DNA from: a candidate division WOR-3 bacterium
Lineage (GTDB): Bacteria; Hydrothermota; Tepidihabitantia; Tepidihabitantales; Tepidihabitantaceae
Reading direction: 5' to 3'
Assembly (NCBI GenBank): GCA_965649295.1
Contig: CBFGKH010000001.1
Span: forward strand, 256,001 to 320,000
DNA: 64,000 bases
Below the pieces are notes generated by a model. It ran no database searches. It saw nothing but the letters and a program-made list of their open reading frames with translations, and was not told the DNA's origin. Numbering within the stretch: position 1 is the stretch's first letter; each line of letters starts with the position of its first letter. The position numbers were made by a program, and so were the translations under genes. Positions 27,046 to 36,792 of this stretch are shown in pieces.

Positions 27046-28299
27046 TCATTCCGTTACTCTGCTAGGGCTGTGCTGTCGTCGTGTTTCCCTAAAAACCTCA
27101 AGCGCTGCTGGAAACGGCTCGAGCGCTCGCTCAAAGATGCCAAGCGAATAGGCAATGGTTAACCCGTAGTTGGTGATGGCAACGCCCTGCTCCCGGCATT
27201 GGGCTACCCGGTTGAGAACTGCCCGACGGTTGGTCATGCAGGCGCCGCAGTGAATCACGAGCTTATATGGCGATAGGTCAGCCGGAAAATCGTGCCCCTG
27301 CTGAGTGACGAATTCGAGCCTGCCGCCGACATACTGGGTGAGCCAGCGTGGAATCTTGACGCGGCCGATATCATCGCCAATCGGGTGGTGGGTGCAGCTC
27401 TCAGCCACCAGCACCCTGTCGCCAGGCCGTAGCTTATCAATCGCCGTTGCCCCGCGCACCATCTCAACCAAGTCGCCCTTGTAGCGGGCAAAGAGAATCG
27501 AAAAAGATGTCAGGCGAACATCTTTGGGCGTGTCACCGGCAACCTTAAGAAACGCCTGCGAGTCGGTAACGACAATATCCGGCTTGCGGTTCAGGCGTAG
27601 CAGCGCGTCGCGCAGCTCCCGCTCCTTCACAACCAGGCAATAGGCATCGTTGTCAAGAAGGTCACGAATCGTCTGCACCTGCGGCTGAATCAGTCGTCCC
27701 CGCGGTGCTTCCTTGTCTATTGGTACGACCAGCACCGCCAGTCCGCCCGCTGGCACCAGGTCGCCGATAATCGTTGGCGGATTCACGAAATCTTCCGGTG
27801 CCACCGCAATCAGCGCCTCACGCAGCGCTAGAATACCTTCTCCCCTTTGCGCCGCAGTTCTCACCACCTGCAGCCCCGCGTCCCGTAACTGCTTCTCGAT
27901 CCCCTCATCGGGCATAACCAGGTCGGTCTTGTTGAAGACCACCACGACTGGCACTCGGCGCTTTCGCAGCTCGTCAACCATCGCCTGCTCGAATACGTCC
28001 CACTGTCCTGCCTCAGCCACGACGATACCGACATCGGTCCGTTCAATCACCCGCCGTGTCTTCTCAACCCGCATCGCTCCCAGCGCACCGATGTCATCAA
28101 CACCGGCCGTATCAATGAACAACACCGGCCCCAGCGGCAATAGCTCCATCGGCTTCTCAACCGGGTCAGTTGTTGTCCCAGCAACGGCTGAGACAATCGA
28201 AACCTGCTGCCGCGTCAGTTCATTCAGTAGTGACGACTTGCCCACATTTCTGCGGCCGAATATACCGATGTGGAGCCGCAGACTCTTCGGCGCCCTCAC
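27046..28299 (-). CDS. hydF: [FeFe]-hydrogenase maturation GTPase HydF
   Basis: GRRNVGKSS, GTTTDPV, DTAG, NKTD, CTHH...HCGAC. Confidence 0.96.
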   Translation of the reverse strand: MRAPKSLRLHIGIFGRRNVGKSSLLNELTRQQVSIVSAVAGTTTDPVEKPMELLPLGPVLFIDTAGVDDIGALGAMRVEKTRRVIERTDVGIVVAEAGQWDVFEQAMVDELRKRRVPVVVVFNKTDLVMPDEGIEKQLRDAGLQVVRTAAQRGEGILALREALIAVAPEDFVNPPTIIGDLVPAGGLAVLVVPIDKEAPRGRLIQPQVQTIRDLLDNDAYCLVVKERELRDALLRLNRKPDIVVTDSQAFLKVAGDTPKDVRLTSFSILFARYKGDLVEMVRGATAIDKLRPGDRVLVAESCTHHPIGDDIGRVKIPRWLTQYVGGRLEFVTQQGHDFPADLSPYKLVIHCGACMTNRRAVLNRVAQCREQGVAITNYGLTIAYSLGIFERALEPFPAALEVFRETRRQHSPSRVTE

Positions 28300-29936
28300 T
28301 GTGCGCTCCCGAGCCGGTTCACCGCTTCCGGCGACACCAATTCGTCAAACCGCGCCGGCGAAATCCCATACTTCGTGGTCGCGAGCTCGCGCAGACCCCT
28401 ACCGGTCTGGCGCGACTCCTTGACCAGTGCCTCAGCCCGCTCATACCCAAGTTCGGCAACGAGGGCAGTAACGGTGGCAGTAGTTGACTCGACGTAACGG
28501 CGGCAGCGCTCGACATTAGCCCTGATACCGCTGACGCAGTGCAGCCGCAGTATGCGGCAGGCATTGTGGAGCAGCTCCAGTTCATCGAGCAAAGCGTGAG
28601 CAATCAACGGCAGAAACTGGTTCAGTTCCAGATTGCCAGCTGAAGCCGCTTGGGAGATGACCGCATCATAGCCCAAAACCATCATCGCCGCCTGAGCCAC
28701 GGCTTCGGGAATCACCGGATTGACCTTGCCCGGCATTATCGTCGAGCCAGCCTGCCGTTCCGGCAGCATGATTTCACCAAGGCCGGCTTCAGGCCCAGAT
28801 GATAGCAAGCGCAGGTCGTTCGTAACCTTGATGAGATTGGCGGCACACGCCTTCATCGTGCCCGAAACCTCAACGAAGGCATCAGCGTTCTGCGTCGCTT
28901 CGACGAGGTTTTCCGCCCGACCAAGGCCGATACCGGTGATGTCGCGCAAATAGTCAACCACGCTGAAGATATAGCTCCGCGGCGCACCAATACCGGTGCC
29001 AATCGCCGTGCCGCCAAGGTTCACAGTCCGCAGCCGTTCCTCGCTCTTGAAGACCCGCCAACGGTCCCGGGCAAAAGCCTCTGCATAGGCACCCATCTCC
29101 CGACCGAGCGTAGTAAGCACCGCATCCTGCATCTCAGTCCTGCCAACCTTGACGACGCCGGCGAACTCCTGCTCCTTGGTCTGAAACGCCTCCTGCAACA
29201 GGACCAGCTCTTCCTCCAGTTCACGCAGGGACTTGATGGCCGCAACCCGCAACGCGGTCGGGAAGGTGTCGTTCGTGGACTGATGCCGATTCAGGTCATC
29301 GTGCGGCGATACCCGAGCATAGTTGCCCAGCGGCTCTCCGAGAATCTGCAACGCACGATTCGCCAGCACCTCATTCACATTCATATTCGTCGAGGTACCA
29401 GCTCCGCCCTGCAAGGCATCCACCAGCACTTGGCCGTCGAACCGACCTTCCATCATCTCCTGACACGCCTGCTCAATTGCATCAGCCTTGGCCTGGTCAT
29501 GCTGCCAAATGCCAAGCGCCCGGTTGGCCCGAGCGCAGGCGAGCTTCACCGCACCGAACGCATGCACCAGCAACACGTGCACCGGCCGGTTGGCAATTGG
29601 AAAGTTCTCCAGCGCCCGGACAGTGTGAATACCATAAAGGGCTGTTGCTGGCACCTGCCGTTCTCCAAGCAGGTCAGTTTCGGTCCGGGTTGCCGCTCCG
29701 GCGCGAAACCGGGCAAACTCCTCGCGCACAAGCTGGGCAAGCTCCCCAGTCACGTTCTCACCGAAAACCGCATACTCCGTGTCCGAGACAACGAGCTCCG
29801 CCGGTTCGAGCCGCTCCGTCCCCACGCTCCAAAGGAAATCCCAGCGCCGGCCATTCGCTTGGCACAGCCAGAGCTTGGCAGCCTGGCCCCGTACCAGTCG
29901 GCCAAGCGTCTCTCTAAAAGCAGAGGTCTCGCTCAT
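28296..29936 (-). CDS. aspA: aspartate ammonia-lyase with an extra N-terminal domain of about 80 aa
   Basis: DLLGE, YGIHTVRALENF, QGGAGTSTNMNVNEV, QSTND, GRTEMQDA, GSTIMPGKVNP. Confidence 0.88.
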   Translation of the reverse strand: MSETSAFRETLGRLVRGQAAKLWLCQANGRRWDFLWSVGTERLEPAELVVSDTEYAVFGENVTGELAQLVREEFARFRAGAATRTETDLLGERQVPATALYGIHTVRALENFPIANRPVHVLLVHAFGAVKLACARANRALGIWQHDQAKADAIEQACQEMMEGRFDGQVLVDALQGGAGTSTNMNVNEVLANRALQILGEPLGNYARVSPHDDLNRHQSTNDTFPTALRVAAIKSLRELEEELVLLQEAFQTKEQEFAGVVKVGRTEMQDAVLTTLGREMGAYAEAFARDRWRVFKSEERLRTVNLGGTAIGTGIGAPRSYIFSVVDYLRDITGIGLGRAENLVEATQNADAFVEVSGTMKACAANLIKVTNDLRLLSSGPEAGLGEIMLPERQAGSTIMPGKVNPVIPEAVAQAAMMVLGYDAVISQAASAGNLELNQFLPLIAHALLDELELLHNACRILRLHCVSGIRANVERCRRYVESTTATVTALVAELGYERAEALVKESRQTGRGLRELATTKYGISPARFDELVSPEAVNRLGSAQ

Positions 29937-31332
29937 CGCTCGTCCTTATTCTCTGAATCCGCTCCCGTACTTGGCGCTGCGTGCGCTCGTCAGCAAGCTT
30001 GGCTACCTCGCGCTCAATCAGCTCGAAACCGGCCTGTCTTGTCTCCTGACTGGCGTAGTCGGTCAGGTATTCAGCCAAAGTCACCAGCGCATTCGGCGTG
30101 CAATAGCGCTTGATGAAACCCGGAATCGAAAACTCCATGAAGTGCTCACCGGTCCGACCCAGCCGATAGCAGGAAGTACACCAACTCGGAATGTAGCCAT
30201 CGGCGATCAGCTCGCGCACCACGACATCAAGCGGCCGGGTGTCATGCAGCTCAAACTGCTCCCGCCGCAGGTCCTGACACTCGCCGTCCTTGCACTCCTG
30301 GTAGGCACCGAGCTCAATCCGCGAGCCGGCGTCAATCTGGGAAACGCCCAACCGCAGTGCGGCGCGACGCAGCTCAGGCCGCTCGCGAGCAGTCAGAATC
30401 AGCCCAGTGTAAGGCACGGCCAAGCGCAGCACTGCAATCACCTTCTTGAAATCATCGTCAGCGACAAAGTGTGACCGGTCAATCGCAATGTTCGAGGCGA
30501 CATTGACGCGCGGAAAGCTGATCGTATGCGGCCCGACACCAAACCGCTCCTCAAGGTGAATCGTGTGGGCAACCAGCCCCATTACCTCGAACCGCCAGTC
30601 GTAGAGGCCGAATAGCGCGCCAATGCCAACGTCATCAACTCCAGCCAGCATCGCCCGGTCGTGGCTTGTCAGCCGCCAGCAATAGTCGCCTTTGCGCGTA
30701 TTCTCAGGATGAACCTTGCGGTAGGTCGCATGATGGTAGGTCTCTTGGAATACTTGGAACGTCCCAATGCCGACCGCCTTGAGCTGACGATAACCCTCAA
30801 CATCAAGCGGCGCGGCATTGACGTTCACCCGCCTAATCTCGCCGTGCCCGAACTTAGTCTCATAGACTAGCTTGATGACTCGCGCCATCTCAGTGGCCGA
30901 GTAGTCGGGATGCTCGCCCCAGACAAGAATCAGCCGCTTGTGCCCCTGAGCTTCGAGCGCAAGCAACTCCCGGCGCAACTCTTCGTCGGTCAACGTCTTG
31001 CGCACCACCTCCCGATTTGTGCTCTTGAAGCCGCAATAGGCGCAGTTGTTCACGCACTTGTCGCCGATGTAGAGCGGCGCGAACAGCACTATCCGATTGC
31101 CATAAACCTCTTCCTTCAACTCTCGTGCACCGGCAAATATCTCTTCCCACAAGTCTGGGTCTTGGACCCGCAGCAGGCTTGCGGTTTCATCGAGATTCAG
31201 TCGCTGCTTGCTCTTCGCCTTGGCCACAATCTCCCGCACTCGCGCTGAGTCGGGCCGGGCCTCGGCCAGTTTCGTCTCAATTGCCCCATCATCAATGAAA
31301 TCAACCAGCTCAGCAACCGAACTAGACTTCAT
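29914..31332 (-). CDS. hydG: [FeFe]-hydrogenase H-cluster radical SAM maturase HydG
   Basis: FAPLYI, CVNNCAYC, FQETY, PHTISFPR, C-terminal CTSCYR-x-C. Confidence 0.95.
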   Translation of the reverse strand: MKSSSVAELVDFIDDGAIETKLAEARPDSARVREIVAKAKSKQRLNLDETASLLRVQDPDLWEEIFAGARELKEEVYGNRIVLFAPLYIGDKCVNNCAYCGFKSTNREVVRKTLTDEELRRELLALEAQGHKRLILVWGEHPDYSATEMARVIKLVYETKFGHGEIRRVNVNAAPLDVEGYRQLKAVGIGTFQVFQETYHHATYRKVHPENTRKGDYCWRLTSHDRAMLAGVDDVGIGALFGLYDWRFEVMGLVAHTIHLEERFGVGPHTISFPRVNVASNIAIDRSHFVADDDFKKVIAVLRLAVPYTGLILTARERPELRRAALRLGVSQIDAGSRIELGAYQECKDGECQDLRREQFELHDTRPLDVVVRELIADGYIPSWCTSCYRLGRTGEHFMEFSIPGFIKRYCTPNALVTLAEYLTDYASQETRQAGFELIEREVAKLADERTQRQVRERIQRIRTSDERDLCF

Positions 31333-31619
31333 CGCCCGCCTCCGTTCTTCCTGCGCAACGCACTCTTGACGCTCACTCCCGGAATCGTACCCAGCTTGCC
31401 GGTCATCGCCCCAATGTCGTCATTGGTGCCGTCAACGATGACCGCCACGACCGACAGATTCCTTTCGCGATAGGGAATGCCCATTCGCCCCACAATCAGA
31501 TGGGCATAGTCAGAGAGCACCTGATTTACCTTGGGTGCCGACTCCAGCCGATTCTCGACAAACAAGGCCACAACACCAAGGCGGTGCTCGTTCCGATTGT
31601 CATTGTCACTACCAGACAT
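31329..31619 (-). CDS. TM1266-family iron-only hydrogenase system putative regulator
   Basis: VNQVLSDY...IVGRMGIPY...IGAMTGKLG.IPGVSVKS; start ATG 31619 after AAGGGAG. Confidence 0.88.
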   Translation of the reverse strand: MSGSDNDNRNEHRLGVVALFVENRLESAPKVNQVLSDYAHLIVGRMGIPYRERNLSVVAVIVDGTNDDIGAMTGKLGTIPGVSVKSALRRKNGGGR

Positions 31620-31793
31620 AACTGCTCCCTTCTGCGACGAACGACACTCTGCCTTCGGTCGCACACTAATACCGGTCGGGAAGCACTGGAGCAGAACCTG
31701 CCCCATCAGACTTAGGCCAAAAGGCCCTCACCCTGGGACAACGGCTTCCTTTGACTCCTCTGGGCCAGCCAACGCCGACCCATCAGCGAAACT

Positions 31794-31884
31794 ATCATAA
31801 CCGCAAATAGCGGCACTGTCAAAACGACTGTTCGCCGCCCTTCCGGATGGGGCAGATTGACAGCCGCCCGCTCTGGCGTATTCT
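31794..31884. promoter_or_regulatory. divergent sigma70-type promoters
   Basis: Minus strand: TTGACA-N17-TATGAT (31822-31794). Plus strand: TTGACA-N16-TATTCT (31857-31884). Confidence 0.65.
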
Positions 31885-31909
31885 GATACGATAAGGAGAA
31901 GTCTTACCC

Positions 31910-34900
31910 ATGAAAAGGCAGATTGCGGTCGCGATTCTAGGCTTTACATTGCTGCTGGCGGCAACTAGCGCCTCCGGTCAAACAGTCCTCCTGTCTGAGT
32001 CGTTCGATTGGATGTGGGAGACTACCATGCCGCCTTTGGGGTGGACGATCACCTTTACCGGTGACACTTCTTCTAACGACTGGCACCGAGCGCGCGAACG
32101 TTCCCAGCCTTGGACCGCCAATACCACTGCCTACCCGCTGATCGACTCGGCTGGGCCCGAAGAAGGTACCGATTCGCTTATCTCGCCGCCCTTTAGTTGC
32201 GCTGGCTACAACCAAATCACTCTTCGCTGCTCAACCTACTTCGCTGGTGCCGGCAACACCGCCTACAGCGCTCAACTACTTGGTTCTGTCGGTGGCGGGC
32301 CGTTTGACCAGCTCATCTTCGACTATACTGGCCAGAACATCGGTCCGACACTTCAGGTCATCGAGTTACCTTGGGCAGCTGGCCAACCCAACGTCCGCAT
32401 CGCCTGGGTATTTACTGGACTTTCCTCCGATTTTTCCTATTGGGCAATCGACAATTTCTCGGTACTCGGAACGCCGGTCAACAACGATGTCGCCTGCACT
32501 GGCATCTCGGTCCCGCCAGCAGTGATTGACTCTGGCACGGAGGTAGCTCCACGAATTGCCGTGACCAACCGCGGCATCAATACGGCCAGCTTTCTTGCCT
32601 ATTTCTCCATTGCCCGCTTTGGTGAGTCAGAGTACTTCGATTCGCTTATTGTCAGTGATCTGGCCCCCGGCGCTACCCGCAACCTCGACTTCACTCGGTG
32701 GACAGCCGGCGCTCGCGGCATTCGAACCGCAACCGCTTACGTTGTCATGGCAGGTGACGAGAATCCGGCCAATGATACCACCCGCATGAATTTCCGGGTC
32801 CGAGTCCTCGACGCTAGCGTCCGCCGGATTATTGCGCCTGCCGATACGGTTGACTCGGGCCTTGTCATCACGCCCCAAGCACTGATCGCCAACTATAGTT
32901 CTGATTCAGCAACATTCTTTGTTTTCTGCCAGATTGATACCCGTCGCGACAGCGCCCTTGTTACTGCACTTCCTCCCAATGAAAGCACTGTGGTTGACTT
33001 TGCTCCCTGGGTCGCGGACCGTGTCGGCCAACATTCAATCCGCTGCACCACCGCTCTTGCCAACGACCTCTTTCCGGCCAACAATGCTCTCAGTCGGGTG
33101 TTCTATGTCGAACGCGACGAGTTCCGCGATGCTGCCGCGATTTCAATTCGGGCGCCAACCGGGACCGTCCCTGAGAGCGCTTGGGTGACTCCGGCCGGCG
33201 TAGTCACCTACACCGGCCCGCGGCCTGCCACTACCAAGGTCCGCCTAGCGCTACTGCGCAACAGCACGATTGTCTATTACGAATCAACCTCGGTCGTGCT
33301 CCAACCCGGTGTTATTGATACTGTGACGTTCCCGCAGTGGTTCGCCACGCCAATCGGCTCCTACACCGCTGAACTACTGGTCCAGACCGCTGGCGACGAC
33401 GACCCGGCCAACAATTTTGTCGCTGACTCCTTTGCGGTCGGTGCTGCCCAGAGCGACGTCGGCGCCACGACGATCCTCGCTCCGACCGGCCGCTTCTACG
33501 TGACGACGGTCACACCCAAGGCGGTTGTCCGCAACTTCGGCAGTCGCGTCGCTACCTTCTGGTCCCGCTTCTCAATCACCAGCGGCTCGGTCCTGCTTTA
33601 CCGCGACTCGGCCCGGGCCGTCTCACTGGCGCCAGGAGAGAGTCTTGTCCTAACCTTCCGTCCCTGGAACGCGATTGCCGGTACGTTCACTGCCCGCTGC
33701 TCGACCCGCCTGCCCGGCGATGCCGTCAATGCCAACGACCGGGTAACAACAACCTTCACAGTTGACACCTTCAGCTTCCCTCGCGGCTGGCATGAAGTAA
33801 GCCAAGTACCTTTCGCGCCCAGTTCCAAGGACGTCAGCGGTGGTGGTAGCCTCGTCTATCTTGCGGCCAACGGTTACATCTATGCCCTGAAAGGCAACAA
33901 GACCTGCGACTTCTTTGCCTACGATCCGCTGCGCGACAGTTGGCTGACCCTGCCGTCAGTGCCCACCGCGCCATCGGGCAAGCCGGTTGCCAATGGCGGC
34001 GCCCTGACCACCGACGGCAACCGCTACATCTACGCCACCAAGGGCAACAACACGACGAATTTCTACCGTTTCGATATTGTGACCAATACCTGGACCACGC
34101 TCGACAGCGTACCGCTCGGTCTCTCCCGCAAAAAGGTAAAAGGCGGCACCAGCGCGGCCTTTGTCGCCGGTGCTGATGGTGACTATGTCTATCTGCTCAA
34201 GGGCTACAAGAACGAGTTCTACCGCTACCGGATTGCCGACGATTCCTGGCAGACACTCGACCCGGCTCCGGCCACAGCCAGCGACAAGTACGACAAAGGT
34301 TCATTCATTGTGACCGACGGCAGCGCAACCATTTATTGCCACCAGGCCAAGCTCCACAAGTTCTATGCCTTCGATATCGCCACCCAGCGCTGGCGGACCG
34401 CTCCGCTCGATTCAATGCCAATTGTCAACGGCCGCGGCAAGGCCAAGAAATCGAAAGATGGTGCAGCAGCAGTCTGGAGCACCGGCTTCATCTACGCCCT
34501 GAAGGGTGGTAATACGAACGAGTTCTGGCGCTACTCGCCGACCCTCGACACCTGGCGCGAGCTCGACACCATCCCCGGCGTTGGCTCAAGCCAGCGCAAG
34601 AAGTATGTCAAGTCCGGCGGTGCCATTGCTTCCTTTAGCAGCGACATCTTCTTCATCCTCAAGGGCGGCAAGACCCACGAATGCTGGCGCTACCGATTCG
34701 GTGGCCCGACCGCTGTCACCGAACCGGCCTTAGCACCGGTCAATCGAAGCTATGATCGGCTCCGGCTCTGGCCCAATCCGGCTCGTGGTCTGGTCACTAT
34801 CAGTCTCTCACCGACAATCGTGGCCAGACCAAGACCGCTGCTCCGAGTTTACGACAGTCGTGGCGCATTACGGCTCGAGCAACCAGCCACCACCGGCCTG

Positions 34901-34990
34901 GTCCGCCTTGACTGCCGTTCCTTGACTGCAGGAGTCTATTTCGTTCGACTGGTCGGCACTGACCAGTCTGCCCAACTGATTCTGGAATAA
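31910..34990 (+). CDS. large secreted protein: cleaved-adhesin-like N-domain, four CARDB/Ig-like domains, Kelch-like propeller, T9SS-like C-terminal domain
   Basis: AAGGAG RBS; signal peptide; LSESFD...PPLGW...WAIDN; four D(V/A)...P.ND units; KGNKT/KGNNT/KGGNT repeats; WPNPA...GVYFV tail; paralogue of 4773-7898. Confidence 0.82.
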   Translation: MKRQIAVAILGFTLLLAATSASGQTVLLSESFDWMWETTMPPLGWTITFTGDTSSNDWHRARERSQPWTANTTAYPLIDSAGPEEGTDSLISPPFSCAGYNQITLRCSTYFAGAGNTAYSAQLLGSVGGGPFDQLIFDYTGQNIGPTLQVIELPWAAGQPNVRIAWVFTGLSSDFSYWAIDNFSVLGTPVNNDVACTGISVPPAVIDSGTEVAPRIAVTNRGINTASFLAYFSIARFGESEYFDSLIVSDLAPGATRNLDFTRWTAGARGIRTATAYVVMAGDENPANDTTRMNFRVRVLDASVRRIIAPADTVDSGLVITPQALIANYSSDSATFFVFCQIDTRRDSALVTALPPNESTVVDFAPWVADRVGQHSIRCTTALANDLFPANNALSRVFYVERDEFRDAAAISIRAPTGTVPESAWVTPAGVVTYTGPRPATTKVRLALLRNSTIVYYESTSVVLQPGVIDTVTFPQWFATPIGSYTAELLVQTAGDDDPANNFVADSFAVGAAQSDVGATTILAPTGRFYVTTVTPKAVVRNFGSRVATFWSRFSITSGSVLLYRDSARAVSLAPGESLVLTFRPWNAIAGTFTARCSTRLPGDAVNANDRVTTTFTVDTFSFPRGWHEVSQVPFAPSSKDVSGGGSLVYLAANGYIYALKGNKTCDFFAYDPLRDSWLTLPSVPTAPSGKPVANGGALTTDGNRYIYATKGNNTTNFYRFDIVTNTWTTLDSVPLGLSRKKVKGGTSAAFVAGADGDYVYLLKGYKNEFYRYRIADDSWQTLDPAPATASDKYDKGSFIVTDGSATIYCHQAKLHKFYAFDIATQRWRTAPLDSMPIVNGRGKAKKSKDGAAAVWSTGFIYALKGGNTNEFWRYSPTLDTWRELDTIPGVGSSQRKKYVKSGGAIASFSSDIFFILKGGKTHECWRYRFGGPTAVTEPALAPVNRSYDRLRLWPNPARGLVTISLSPTIVARPRPLLRVYDSRGALRLEQPATTGLVRLDCRSLTAGVYFVRLVGTDQSAQLILE

Positions 34991-35002
34991 CCACACTAAG
35001 AC

Positions 35003-35860
35003 CTAGGGCAGGTCCCAGTGATAGACCAGGCCGAGCCGCAATGCCTTGATAACGGCTGTTGCCCGGCCAAACTCGCTCACGTCACCGGTCCGCGCTGGCT
35101 GGAGAGCACCACAACGCGGACAGTTGTCATAGCGCACCTCATAGCTGCCGCGCAGGGCCCAGCCCTCAGCAATCACCGCGCTGCTCCCTGGTTCCAGCAC
35201 CCGGAGAAACTCAAGCCCTGGTATTGAGATTTGACTGACACCGACTCGGGCCACACAGCCAGAGCAATCCCGCGGGCAGCGTAGCTCAATCTCAAGTCGG
35301 GCCTTACGTTCAATCTCCTCAGCCAACCAGTAGTCCGGGTATAGCCGGACAATCTCAGTCACTCCTGCTGGGTTGACACCCACCCCAGTGAGAAGCCAGG
35401 TTCGTTCCAGCTCAGGGTTCCCATCATGCACCTCTCTGGTCCGCCGCTTTCGCTCCGCCCCTGTGACAAGCTCCTCCTCGCGCCGGCGCTCGAGATCAGA
35501 CTGGTCGAGATACCACTTTGTTACCCATTGCCGCTGCCGTCGCTCAGCAACATAGCTCTGCAAGTCCTCGTTGGTCGTCCGCTCATGGGGATTGAGATAA
35601 AGCAAGAGCATCTTGATACGGTAGAGGGCTGAACGATCGAAGTAGAAAATCGCCGGCCAGGCTACAAGGTAGGCGAGCCCCCGCAGCACGCTCACAAAGA
35701 TGTCGAGAGCAAGCTGTTCGCGCTGCCGAAACTCGCCATCAAACACGTAGAGACTGATGTGATAGCCAATACCGATTAGTAACCCGACAAGTAGCCAGAG
35801 AGCACCGGCTGACAGCACGAAGACTGCAAAACCTAATACTGGGTTGGAAGCCACACTCAC
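35003..35860 (-). CDS. hypothetical membrane protein with CxxC motifs
   Basis: 285-aa ORF with two TMs, CPRDCSGC and CPRC; AAGGAG upstream. Confidence 0.65.
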   Translation of the reverse strand: MSVASNPVLGFAVFVLSAGALWLLVGLLIGIGYHISLYVFDGEFRQREQLALDIFVSVLRGLAYLVAWPAIFYFDRSALYRIKMLLLYLNPHERTTNEDLQSYVAERRQRQWVTKWYLDQSDLERRREEELVTGAERKRRTREVHDGNPELERTWLLTGVGVNPAGVTEIVRLYPDYWLAEEIERKARLEIELRCPRDCSGCVARVGVSQISIPGLEFLRVLEPGSSAVIAEGWALRGSYEVRYDNCPRCGALQPARTGDVSEFGRATAVIKALRLGLVYHWDLP

Positions 35861-35963
35861 AGGACGACACCATCTCCTTGTCCGTCGCTACCTGCCCAGC
35901 TTAGTTGCACTGGCTGTTCCTTGACCGATAATAGACCCACAGTCCAGTGACGTCAACCCCCAA

Positions 35964-36003
35964 TAGAAAGAGCCCGGCCGCGGCATAGCAGCCACGACCG
36001 GGC
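35964..36003 (-). terminator. intrinsic terminator
   Basis: Minus strand GCCCGGTCGTGGC-TGCTAT-GCCGCGGCCGGGC-TCTTTCTA. Confidence 0.7.
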
Positions 36004-36059
36004 ACGACAGAACCCCTCAGACTACGGTCCGGAACCAAGCCTGTCGGTCATTGCCTGGG

Positions 36060-36254
36060 TCAATGTACCGACATCGGCAGACCTGCCCGGCTCGCCGAGC
36101 GACGCCGGTGCCGATGGGTCTGCTGATGCTGAACAGCCGCGACAAGCGCTGGCCTCAGCAGGGCCGGCCTGACCTCCCCCATCTTGAACAGTAGCGACAG
36201 CGATTCGTTGCTTTCGCGTCGCCGCAAGAGCCTCCGCAAAAACGCAAGCCTCAT
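36060..36254 (-). CDS. small Arg-rich hypothetical protein (64 aa)
   Basis: GGAGGGG RBS just upstream of the ATG; only ORF with an RBS between the sigma54 promoter and the terminator. Confidence 0.4.
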   Translation of the reverse strand: MRLAFLRRLLRRRESNESLSLLFKMGEVRPALLRPALVAAVQHQQTHRHRRRSASRAGLPMSVH

Positions 36255-36462
36255 GTCCCCTCCGCCATCTCAACCCCTCGCTTCTTTGCCTCAGATGCAT
36301 AGGGTCAGCCGCTGCCTCTACGGCTGAACCCCATAAATAGCATCGGCTGAGCCCCTGCAGTCCGCTTTTCTCGTTCGGCCGTTTCCCGACAAGGCCTACC
36401 GAGAAAACCCCACCAAAACCCCCGGACACCCCTCGACTCAGTCTTTAGCCGACCATTTCGAT

Positions 36463-36478
36463 TGCATCAGTCGTGCCA
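36463..36478 (-). promoter_or_regulatory. sigma-54 (-24/-12) promoter
   Basis: TGGCACGACTGATGCA: GG-N10-GC with the TGGCACG core. Confidence 0.7.
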
Positions 36479-36553
36479 AACCTGTCGCAGACCTGACCAG
36501 TTAGCTAACGCTCAATTTTCTTAAAGGTTATGACGGTCGCGCGCAACAGGCAG

Positions 36554-36613
36554 TGCGACAATCCGCCACAAACCGCCGCAGGATTCGGCGTCTTGCTGCA
36601 GCATTTGGCTACA
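36554..36613. promoter_or_regulatory. two candidate enhancer-binding-protein sites
   Basis: Near-palindromes TGCGAC-N5-GCCACA (36554-36570) and TGCAGC-N5-GCTACA (36597-36613), about 100-160 bp upstream of the predicted start. Confidence 0.5.
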
Positions 36614-36792
36614 TTCATTCTCTCGGCCAGGTACAGGACATCGGTCAAAGACTGCTGACATCCATCAGCAGCTTAGCGTGACTCAACTCTGCAAGCGCCG
36701 AGTCCATAACTCCTTGTGCCCCGGGATTGGCAACAAGAATGCCACTGACAGTCATTGCTGTTGACAGTGTCCCAAGCCAGGCTATACTGCCC

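Noticed and set aside
35964..36452. tmRNA, RNase P, 6S or SRP RNA as the sigma54 transcript
   Set aside because: None of the hallmark sequences I know (tRNA-like ends, GAGGAAAGUCC, SRP loop) is visible.
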